A stretch of 64,000 bases of DNA from an uncultured delta proteobacterium (GTDB lineage: Bacteria; Desulfobacterota; Binatia; UBA9968). The notes below the pieces were generated by a model. It was given only the letters and a program-made list of their open reading frames with translations, was not told the DNA's origin and did no database searches. Shown here in pieces: positions 56,112 to 64,000 of the stretch. The translations under genes and the position numbers were made by a program. Position 1 is the stretch's first letter. Every line of letters starts with the position of its first letter. The stretch is from positions 96,001-160,000 of the forward strand of contig CAWJZV010000007.1 of assembly GCA_963847445.1 (NCBI GenBank). Direction: 5' to 3'.

Positions 56112-57791
56112 TTATTTCTTTTTCTGCTGGCCGTAATAAGAAGTGTTGACCGCGACTTCGTCGGTGCGTTTTCGTTCGCGGGCAATCTTTTCGCCGGTCT
56201 GCCAGAACTCGCCGGCGACGGCGAGCTTCGCCTCCTCGTCAAGCTCCGGATTCCAATCGCCGAGCGAGTAGCCGTACCAGGGCGATTCGGGCTCCAATTT
56301 CGGCAACTCGAGCCTCTCCCAGAGTTTGCGCGCGCGCTCCATGTACTCCTTCTTCGGCAAAGAAATCGGCGGAAACGTTTCTTTCAACGTCGCATCCCAG
56401 AGCAAACAGGAATCGTCGGCGCCGCCGCGCGCGTCATGGCGCGGCGCATGACCGACATCGGTGCCGCGGATGATTTGCACGTCGCGGTGCGGTTGCGAGC
56501 GGTAGCCGAGCGCCCAGAACACCGCATCGAGATTCTCGGGATCGATATCATCGTCGACGGCGATGACGATCTTCGACATCGACGGGCGAAAAGTGACCGC
56601 GGCCATCAAGGCACGCCAGACCTCGGCCTGGCTCGGCTGGCGCATCTGAATCACCGTCAGCTTCTGCGTCGCCGTCAGCGGCTCGTGCAGCATCACCCGG
56701 GTCACGCAGTTGATGCCGAGAACGTTTTTCAGATGATCGAGATAGAGCGGCTCGTAGGCCATCTTCTTGATCACGCTCGACTCCGACGGCGTCACCTGGC
56801 TGATGATCGAGCAGAGAATGGCTTTTTTGCGCCGCGTGATCGCGGTGACTTCCATGTAGGGATTGTATTCCTTCGGGTTGACGTGGCCATGGGATTCGCC
56901 GAACGGCGCTTCCGGCTCGAGATATTCCGTCGAAACAAAACCTTCGATGATGATCTCCGCGTCGGCGGGAACCATCAGCGGCACGGTCTTCGCCTTGACG
57001 ACACGGATCGGCGCTTTCACGAGTCCGCCGGCGACCGCGAACTCATCGACGTCGTAAGCAAGCTTTTGCGCGGCAACATAAGAGATCGCCGGCACGCCGC
57101 CGATGCACAGCGCCGCCGGCATCTTTTCCTTGCGCGCGCGATACTTTTCCCAATGCACATAGATACCTTGGCCCAATTCCAGCGAAGGATTACAGCCGAC
57201 CCGGTCGCGCGCCTTGATCATCGCCCGGTAGGTGCCGATGTTGTGAATCCCGCTGTCGGGATCTTTGGTAATGTAGTGCGCTGCGCTGATGTAGGGCGCG
57301 TTGTCCCAACCCGGCGTCGAGATCGGCACCGGAATACCATCGAGTCCCCGGCCGGGTTCTTTCAGCTCGTCGCCGGCAATGACGATCTCGTGCACCGGCG
57401 CCGCCTCGGAAGGAATCTCGACCGGCGGGACCGGATTCGCTTTCGCTTGCGCCCAGAGCTGGTTGACTTTTGTCGGATCGGTGCCGAGACCAATGCCGTA
57501 GATCCGCCGGTTCGCCGCCAGAATGCCGATGGCGACCGGAATATCGTAGCGCTTGCCGCTAGCGTCCACCGGCTGTTCGAACAAGAACGCCTTGCGGTCT
57601 TTCTCTTTGATGCCGCCGCGAAATTGCCAGCGCACCAACGGATGCATCTCCTGGTCTTTGTCCACCGGCTCGTCGATCCGTATCAGCAAGCCCTCTCTTT
57701 CGAGTTGCTCCAAGTGATCGTGCAGATCGGGATACCCGCGCGCCGGAATGCTTGATGCCTTCTCCGCCACTGCTAATTTCTTTTTCGCCAT
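56112..57791 (-). CDS. UbiD-family decarboxylase
   Basis: HPLVRWQFRG, NIGTYR, EAPFGESHG, VDDDIDP. Confidence 0.9.
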   Translation of the reverse strand: MAKKKLAVAEKASSIPARGYPDLHDHLEQLEREGLLIRIDEPVDKDQEMHPLVRWQFRGGIKEKDRKAFLFEQPVDASGKRYDIPVAIGILAANRRIYGIGLGTDPTKVNQLWAQAKANPVPPVEIPSEAAPVHEIVIAGDELKEPGRGLDGIPVPISTPGWDNAPYISAAHYITKDPDSGIHNIGTYRAMIKARDRVGCNPSLELGQGIYVHWEKYRARKEKMPAALCIGGVPAISYVAAQKLAYDVDEFAVAGGLVKAPIRVVKAKTVPLMVPADAEIIIEGFVSTEYLEPEAPFGESHGHVNPKEYNPYMEVTAITRRKKAILCSIISQVTPSESSVIKKMAYEPLYLDHLKNVLGINCVTRVMLHEPLTATQKLTVIQMRQPSQAEVWRALMAAVTFRPSMSKIVIAVDDDIDPENLDAVFWALGYRSQPHRDVQIIRGTDVGHAPRHDARGGADDSCLLWDATLKETFPPISLPKKEYMERARKLWERLELPKLEPESPWYGYSLGDWNPELDEEAKLAVAGEFWQTGEKIARERKRTDEVAVNTSYYGQQKKK

Positions 57792-57895
57792 GACACCTTG
57801 CTCTAAGGAATTTTCAATCGTTCGCAGCCTATAACAATTATTTTTTTCGGTAAAGGCGAGGACCATGAGTTTAGCCACACCTAACTGAACGATGA

Positions 57896-57946
57896 GGGGG
57901 GCGAGATTTGCACTGCGACAAATGTGTTACCGCGAGACCTGATCCC
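57896..57946. repeat. Degenerate REPIN
   Basis: GGGGGGCGAGATTTGCACTGCGACA...GCGAGACCTGATCCC. Confidence 0.6.
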
Positions 57947-58117
57947 AATGTTTTCCTTGCTCGGCCGCTCGATAGCATGGTGCGCCAGCGCGAATATCGG
58001 CGTTGCACGTCAACAACCTGGAGCGTTCAAGGAGATCTTTCCTGGAGCAGCCGTGACCCCGAAGGTTCGCGTAGCCAAAGCTCGCCACCTGTGGCATCTT
58101 GGTCTATAGTCAATGCC

Positions 58118-59594
58118 ATGAAACACGCGATGGATCCTGAAGGCCAACGACTGCCGATCAAACTGGATACGACTTCGAACGGAGAATTTGTCCCCGTTCC
58201 GCTCTCGCCGGCCAATCGCGCCGCCAACCGCATGGCACACGAAGCGGCGAGTCAAAACGCCAAGCGCTTGGCTGTGAGTCGTCGCGATTTTCTTATCTCC
58301 GCTTGCGGCGCGGCGAGCACGCTGCTGGCGTTCAATGCGGCAAACGCCGCGGTGGGGAAGCGCGGCGGTTTCTTCCAACTCGAGGCCGAGGCTGCCCTCG
58401 AGCCGCAGCTCGCGCAGGCGAGGATCGGCGGCAAGGGTGAGTTTATCTTCGACGTGCAGGGGCACTTCGTCGATCCAACCGGGGCTTGGGTCAAAGCAGC
58501 GCCTGCCGATGCTTTCAAATGGTCGCCCAAAGCCGGCTGCGCTCTCGCCGCCAAACCCGATGCGCGCAGTTATCTCAACTGCCTCGGCCCCGAGGAATTC
58601 GTCAAGGACGTGTTTCTCGACAGCGATACCGACATGATGGTGCTCTCGTTCGTGCCGTCGCGCCGTGATTCCGAACCGCTCACGATCCAGGCCGCGGACG
58701 CGGTGCGCCGCATTGTCGACCGCATGGAAGGCTCGCATCGCCTGCTGGTGCACGGCCGGGTAAACCCCAATCAGCCTGGCGATCTCGAAACAATGGACGA
58801 GCTGAAAGAACGCTGGAAGGTGAGCGCGTGGAAGACCTATACCCAGTGGGGCGTCGATGGCAAGGGTTTCTTTCTATCTGACGCCATCGGCACGCGCTTC
58901 ATCGAGAAGGCGCGCGCGCTCGGCGTCAAAGTGATCTGCGTGCACAAGGGACTGCCCTTCGGCAAACAATCCTACGAGCATAGCCAGTGCAGCGACATTG
59001 GAGTTGTTGCCAAGCGCTTCCCCGACGTGAGTTTCCTCGTCTATCATTCGGGTTTCGTGAGCGGCGTCCCGGAGCGCGCTTACACCGGGCGCGGTGCCAG
59101 CGACGGCATCGATACCCTGATCCGATCGCTGGTCGAGAACGACGTCAAACCCAACAGCAACGTTTACGCCGAGCTCGGCAGCACCTGGCGCTTCCTGATG
59201 CGCGACCCCGATGGCGCAGCGCATGCGCTTGGCAAACTCCTTAAACATTGCGGCGAGGACAACCTGCTCTGGGGCACCGACTCCATATGGTACGGCTCGC
59301 CGCAGGATCAGATCCAGGCGTTTCGCACTTTTCAGATCGCGCGCCGAATTGCGCGCCAAGCACGGCTATCCCGAGATCACCCCGGCGCTACGCGCGAAGA
59401 TCTTCGGGCTGAACGCAACGCGGCCCTACGGCATCAGCGCCGACGAAGTAAAGAAGCGCGCTTCCAGCGATCATGTCGCGCGGGAGCGTCTCGCCTACCG
59501 CGAGCGCCCCGAACCGCACTATCTCACCTACGGACCCAAAACCCGGAGGGAATTTTTGAACCTGCTGCGCTGGAATGGCGGCTCGCGCGCCTAG
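58118..59594 (+). CDS. Amidohydrolase with internal twin-arginine motif, frameshift near 59345
   Basis: SNGEF.P, SRRDFL, FDVQGH, CVHKG, VYHSG, WGTDSIWYGSP. Confidence 0.85.
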
Positions 59595-59667
59595 CAGCTT
59601 TTGCCGGAAAATCGAACCGCCGCTTACGTTGTTTAGCGCTCATCGCAATAAACCAACAGCCTGGCAT

Positions 59668-60210
59668 ATGAACCCTCTGCTTTCCCGAACGGCGAAGTAC
59701 GTCGCGGTGCTCGTAATCATTACGTTGACCGCGACGTACTTTTACTTCAGGTTCATTGGCTGGAGCCATCCATTTGCCAAGTTGATCGGTGCTTATAGGT
59801 ATCACGTTGTTACACTCGGGGATTATGTCCGATACAAGCGAGATCCAAAACGCTTTAATAATGATTCTTCGGCAGCCCTGAGCTTTGATTGCGAGCGAAT
59901 CCGAGACGATTTCGTCAAGCTGACTCAATCGATAATCTCACCAGAGCTATCGACATCAACAGAGACAATCGTTTCGCGGGAAGGCAGCACCCTTCATCTT
60001 GGCGATCCCAGCGTGTCTGGCAGTGAAGCATTTGCCGCGTGGAAGAGCCAAGCAATCAATCTAGCTACGATCCAGCACCCAAACGAGGCGGGCCACTACG
60101 GGACTGTGCTGCAAGCTCTGTTTACATCTATCAGGTTACACGGACGCAATGCGGATGAAGAGTTTAGCGTCGATACCAAAAGAGGCAGTAAATTTGATGC
60201 ATGTGGGTGA
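59668..60210 (+). CDS. Hypothetical membrane-anchored protein, possibly truncated
   Basis: N-terminal TM segment, lower GC, ends about 10 bp before RAYT stub D. Confidence 0.45.
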   Translation: MNPLLSRTAKYVAVLVIITLTATYFYFRFIGWSHPFAKLIGAYRYHVVTLGDYVRYKRDPKRFNNDSSAALSFDCERIRDDFVKLTQSIISPELSTSTETIVSREGSTLHLGDPSVSGSEAFAAWKSQAINLATIQHPNEAGHYGTVLQALFTSIRLHGRNADEEFSVDTKRGSKFDACG

Positions 60211-60220
60211 GCCACATTCA

Positions 60221-60492
60221 CCCGCCGCCGGGGTCGACACCAGTAGATGGTAATGGTTGCTCAAAAAGCAGTAGGCATGGATCTCAATTTTCCAGAGCCG
60301 GGCGATCTCGGCCAGTAAGTCGAGAAAAGTTTGCCGTCCTTTTATCTTCAAGAAAGATGTCCCGGCGCGATTTGGCCACGATTGATCACGTGGTAGAACG
60401 CCCCGCGGTATTCAATACGCAGCGGTCGGGCCATGCGGATCGTTTATTTCATGCCCGGTCGTAGGTCAAAAGCTAAACCTAGACTTGACCCC
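60221..60492 (-). mobile_element. RAYT N-terminal stub D (best preserved) with end motif TAGACTTGACCCC
   Basis: MARPLRIEYRGAFYHVINRGQ...LWKIEIHAYCFLSNHYHLLVSTPAAG. Confidence 0.85.
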
Positions 60493-60570
60493 GTAAATCG
60501 CCTGCGATTAACGTGACGCGAACCATGAGTTGTCATCCTTCCTAACCTTGCAGCTATAAATCGCTGCGGG

Positions 60571-60815
60571 TCAATTCCCCGCAGCTTGCTGTGCAATGGT
60601 GAATTCTTACGCCGTCATTCCCGCACGCTTCTAGCGGGAATCCAGGCGAACTCTGACTGAACCCCCGATAATAACATTCGGGGGTGACACCTTTGAGATA
60701 AGATCTCGTCGCCGGGTTCTGATACTCCACTGCTTGCGGCGGGGTTCTTCATTCGAGCATGCGTACCCCTCCGATTCTCTCCCCTGGTTTGACGGGGGAG
60801 AGTTAGAGAGGGGGC
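60571..60815. repeat. Cluster of three palindromic intergenic repeat types
   Basis: CCCCGCAGCTTGCTG...CTGCTTGCGGCGGGGTTCTTCATT enclosing GTCATTCCCGC..GCGGGAATCC..CCCCGA..TCGGGGGTGAC, then CTCTCCCC..GGGGAGAGTTAGAGAGGGG. Confidence 0.65.
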
Positions 60816-60865
60816 CGATACGAAAATTTAAACGCTATCCTTTGACAACCGACCGCTGCCGTTTG

Positions 60866-61642
60866 CTACTTATGAAACTCTTTCGTACCTGCATAAGCGC
60901 GCGGATTGACCAGCGCATGCTCTTCTTGCATGAGCCAGGCGATCTCGGCGGCCAGCGGTACGCTCGCCGCTTCCATAGAAGAATGCGCCGCCATCTTGCA
61001 GTATTTCAGGGTGACTTTGTCGAACTGGCCGATCTCTTCGCCCCACTTCCATGCTTCGTCCTGGAGCTTCTCGTGCGGCACGACGCGGTTGATCAAGCCG
61101 GATGCCATGGAACGCTGCGCGTCCCAATTTTCCCCGGTGAGGATCAACTCGAAAGCGAACTTGGTAGGAATCAGCGTTTTGAACATCGTCGCGATGATCG
61201 GGTAGGGCAAGAAACCGCGCTTGATTTCCGGCAAACCGAACTGCGCTTTGTCCGACGCGATCGCGAGATCGTGCGGCAAGAGCAAGGTGATGCCCGCGCC
61301 GAGGCAGAAACCGTTCACCACCGCGATCGTGACCTTGGGAAAAGTCCGTACCACTTCGGCGACGTGATAAGCGCGCGGCTCCGCGCGCCGGTCCGTGCCG
61401 CGGTTTCTGCCGCCCTCGGTGGGAAACTCCGATAAATCCCGTCCCGCGCAGTAAGCCACGTCACCCGCGCCCGTGGTCAAAACCACGGCGATGTCGTCAT
61501 TGTGACGCAGCTCTTCGAACACAGACAATATTTCCCGGATCACATCGCGGCTCAGCGCGTTTCTTTTCTCCGGCCGATTGATCGTGACCTTCGCCACCGC
61601 CCCGCGCGTTTCCAACAACGTATACTTGCCTTCCTTGATCAT
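60866..61642 (-). CDS. Enoyl-CoA hydratase/isomerase family
   Basis: INRPEKRNAL, YCAGRD, VNGFCLGAG, FGLPEI. Confidence 0.9.
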   Translation of the reverse strand: MIKEGKYTLLETRGAVAKVTINRPEKRNALSRDVIREILSVFEELRHNDDIAVVLTTGAGDVAYCAGRDLSEFPTEGGRNRGTDRRAEPRAYHVAEVVRTFPKVTIAVVNGFCLGAGITLLLPHDLAIASDKAQFGLPEIKRGFLPYPIIATMFKTLIPTKFAFELILTGENWDAQRSMASGLINRVVPHEKLQDEAWKWGEEIGQFDKVTLKYCKMAAHSSMEAASVPLAAEIAWLMQEEHALVNPRAYAGTKEFHK

Positions 61643-61757
61643 GAACGAATCCTCTTTCCGCTTGCTAAAGTTTATACGCGAATAACACCGCAATTTTTTC
61701 CGGTCAACTACCGCGCTCGCTTGAAACCGGACGACGACTCGGATAAGGCGATGAGCT

Positions 61758-62606
61758 ATGGATTCCGAACTCAAACAAGTAAGTCGATCCGTTTACGCCG
61801 TCATCGGTCCCGAAGGCTCGACGAACTTCGGCATCGTCAAAGGAGGAGACGACAGCGCCGTGCTCATCGACGCTGACATCCGGCGCATCGACGAGGTCGA
61901 AGAGGCGCTGGAGTTGACCGGCTGTTCCAAAGTTTGCTATCTCATCGATACCCACGAGCACTTCGACCACACCTCGGCAAACTTTTATTTCGCCCAACGC
62001 GGCATACCGATCGTCGCCAGCGCCGGCACCGCAGGGGCCATGCGAGAAGAAGGCGGACCGGACTTCGAACGCATGATGAAGCCCGTGCCGGAGTTATACG
62101 CGCGCTTTCCGGGCCTCTGCTTGACCTTGCCGGATGTTCTGTTCACCGACTCCACTAAAGTGACGCTGCCGGGCGTGACGTTGCATCTCAAGTATTGCGC
62201 CGAGAACGGCCACAGTCACAGCAAAGGCGACACGACGATCTATTTCGAAGAGGAAGAGATTCTAATCGCCGGCGACCTGCTTTACACCGAAGTGCACCCG
62301 GTAACCTTTTTCGGCAACATTCCCAACTGGCTGACCGCCTTGAAACCGCTCTTCGACAGCCATTACAAGAAGTTGGTGCCGGGCCACGGTCCGACCGTAG
62401 AGGGCGAACAGGCCGGCCGGGCCTATTTCAAAAGAATGCACGACTATCTCGAGGATTTTTACGGCCACCTGCAGGAAATCAAAGCGGGCAGCAAGAGCAC
62501 GGACGAGGTAGCCAAGCACATGCTCGGCGGCGCCTACGCGTCTTTCGGCAAGACGCGCATGGTTCAGCGAAACATCAATCACTATCTGACCGGAAGGTGG
62601 TTTTAA
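61758..62606 (+). CDS. MBL-fold metallo-hydrolase
   Basis: THEHFDH, HSKGD, AGDL, VPGHG. Confidence 0.88.
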   Translation: MDSELKQVSRSVYAVIGPEGSTNFGIVKGGDDSAVLIDADIRRIDEVEEALELTGCSKVCYLIDTHEHFDHTSANFYFAQRGIPIVASAGTAGAMREEGGPDFERMMKPVPELYARFPGLCLTLPDVLFTDSTKVTLPGVTLHLKYCAENGHSHSKGDTTIYFEEEEILIAGDLLYTEVHPVTFFGNIPNWLTALKPLFDSHYKKLVPGHGPTVEGEQAGRAYFKRMHDYLEDFYGHLQEIKAGSKSTDEVAKHMLGGAYASFGKTRMVQRNINHYLTGRWF

Positions 62607-62629
62607 GTGAACTTGTCCTTGATTCGATG

Positions 62630-63091
62630 TCACACTTTCCGCGGCGGATTGTCCGAACAAGAGTTCCCTTTCCGCATTGCCAGAAACGAGGGATTGAAAG
62701 TCCTAGAGAAATTCGACGTAGCCACTCCCGGCGGTGGGATCAACACCACCGCGACTCTGCTTAAGCAGAACCGCAAGCTGGTGATCAATTTTCTCAAAGG
62801 CTATATGGAAGGCATCCACTTCATGATCCATCAGTAGCACGAAAGCCTGAAAATCTTGCAGAGATATTTTCAAAACTCCGAAAGGCCGCCATGAGCTATC
62901 TTTACGACGAAACCACCGCGCCGCCTGGAGAATGACTCCGCGCCAATCCCGAGTCGATCCGCATTCACCTGGACATGGCCGCACTCGACGATCCCCGCGC
63001 CACGAAGTTTTCCGAAAAAGACTTCTGGGATTCAACCGTCGTGGAAGAGATTCGCCGCTCCGGCTTTATCGACCAGCTGTACAAAAAATAG
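62630..63091 (+). pseudogene. C-terminal remnant of an NMT1-like binding protein
   Basis: FLKGYMEGIH...SGFIDQLYKK* resembles the end of the 23420 gene; no N-terminus; internal stop. Confidence 0.6.
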
Positions 63092-63101
63092 GAGATCAAT
63101 C

Positions 63102-64000
63102 GTGGGCTACTATCTCAATCTTAGTCAGTATATCCAAACTTTAGAAAGCCGAGACAAGCTCTTTCGCATCCAACGTGAAGTGAGCCGCGAGACCGAGCTT
63201 CACCCTTTAGTGCGTTGGCAATTCCGCGGTCTACCGGAGAGCGAGCGAAGGGCTTTTCTATTCGAGAACGTCGCCAGCGTGGGCGGCCGTAAGTACAAAA
63301 TGTCGGTTCTCTCCGGGGCCTGTGCCTCGTCGCGAGCTATTTACGCCCTTGGCATGGGTTGCCAAGAGGATGAGATTTTCGCTCGCTGGCTCAATGCTCA
63401 AAAAAATCCTATCGACCCCGTTGTCGTGCCGGAAGGACCAGTTCAGGAAATTGAAATCGACAGCAATCTCGACGACGCCGTCGACGCGATTCCCGTGCCA
63501 CTGGGCAATCCCGGTTTCGACAGCTCTCTGCGCCTGACCGCAGCGCTCTGGGTCACCAGCGATCCGGAGACCGGGCAGCGAAACGTGGGCATTTACAGCG
63601 GCTACATTCGTAAAGGCGGGCGAATTTCCGTGGGTCTCGGCGCCGGCAAGGATTCACGAATTCACTTGGACAAAGCGCGGGAGAAAGGCGTGCCGCTCAA
63701 AGCTGCCGTGGTCATCGGGCCAATGCCGAATCTCATTTACGCGGCGGCATCGACTTTTCCTTACGGCGTCGATGAATATGCAGTCGCCGGAGCAATCGCG
63801 GGCAAGCCGCTAGAGTTGGTTCGCTGCCGCACCGCCGAGATTTACGTCCCCGCGCAAGCTGAAATGATTCTCGAAGGCGAGATCTCACCCGACGAGATGG
63901 ACCACAACTGGCCGTTCGGAGAATTCTCCGGATACATGGCCGGCCGCGGCAAGTATCCGCGTTTTATCGTCAAACATATTACGCACCGCAAGAACCCCAT
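63102..64000 (+). CDS. UbiD-family decarboxylase (runs off window end)
   Basis: GTG start after GGAG; LHPLVRWQFRG, RAFLFENV, PFGEFSG. Confidence 0.88.
   Translation, partial: MGYYLNLSQYIQTLESRDKLFRIQREVSRETELHPLVRWQFRGLPESERRAFLFENVASVGGRKYKMSVLSGACASSRAIYALGMGCQEDEIFARWLNAQKNPIDPVVVPEGPVQEIEIDSNLDDAVDAIPVPLGNPGFDSSLRLTAALWVTSDPETGQRNVGIYSGYIRKGGRISVGLGAGKDSRIHLDKAREKGVPLKAAVVIGPMPNLIYAAASTFPYGVDEYAVAGAIAGKPLELVRCRTAEIYVPAQAEMILEGEISPDEMDHNWPFGEFSGYMAGRGKYPRFIVKHITHRKNP

Noticed and set aside
56085-57755. Long 556-aa plus-strand ORF and similar antisense ORFs (29570, 32501, 22555)
   Set aside because: Shadow ORFs opposite well-supported genes in GC-rich DNA, with no recognisable motifs.
32231-57946. 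REP repeats as a CRISPR array or integron attC sites
   Set aside because: They are kilobases apart with no regular spacers, no cas or integron integrase gene, and no GTTRRRY/RYYYAAC cores.
2637-59594. Frameshifts in many genes as programmed frameshifting or mass pseudogenisation
   Set aside because: They hit housekeeping and accessory genes alike, are single-base indels without a common slippery motif, and in-frame substitution stops are rare. Sequencing error is the simpler explanation.

Overview
GC-rich bacterial chromosomal segment. The gene content (expanded amidohydrolases, NMT1/THI5-like and TctC-like binding proteins, UbiD decarboxylases, MetE-like enzyme, double cupin) suggests a deltaproteobacteria-like lineage such as Candidatus Binatia; this is inference. 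Many genes, including housekeeping ones, carry single-base frameshifts that look like long-read indel errors. Left part: clpA-clpS, CBS protein, 2-oxoacid:ferredoxin oxidoreductase, a chromate-resistance-like cluster (two chrA, chrB, PadR, cytochrome c), moaA, and a sigma-54 two-component module with two complete -24/-12 promoters. Right part (about 29-61 kb): an accessory mosaic containing one intact REP-associated tyrosine transposase (RAYT, HUH/Y1), four decayed co-oriented N-terminal stubs of a second RAYT subfamily cut at nearly the same codon, and a dispersed REP/REPIN palindrome family. Between them lie cargo-like genes and gene fragments: DsbA-NhaA fusion, a Rieske-CrtU-lycopene cyclase carotenoid module, a collagen-OmpA lipoprotein, a hydrolase-propeller protein, and a 669-bp partial gene duplicate. 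No rRNA, tRNA or CRISPR array was seen.
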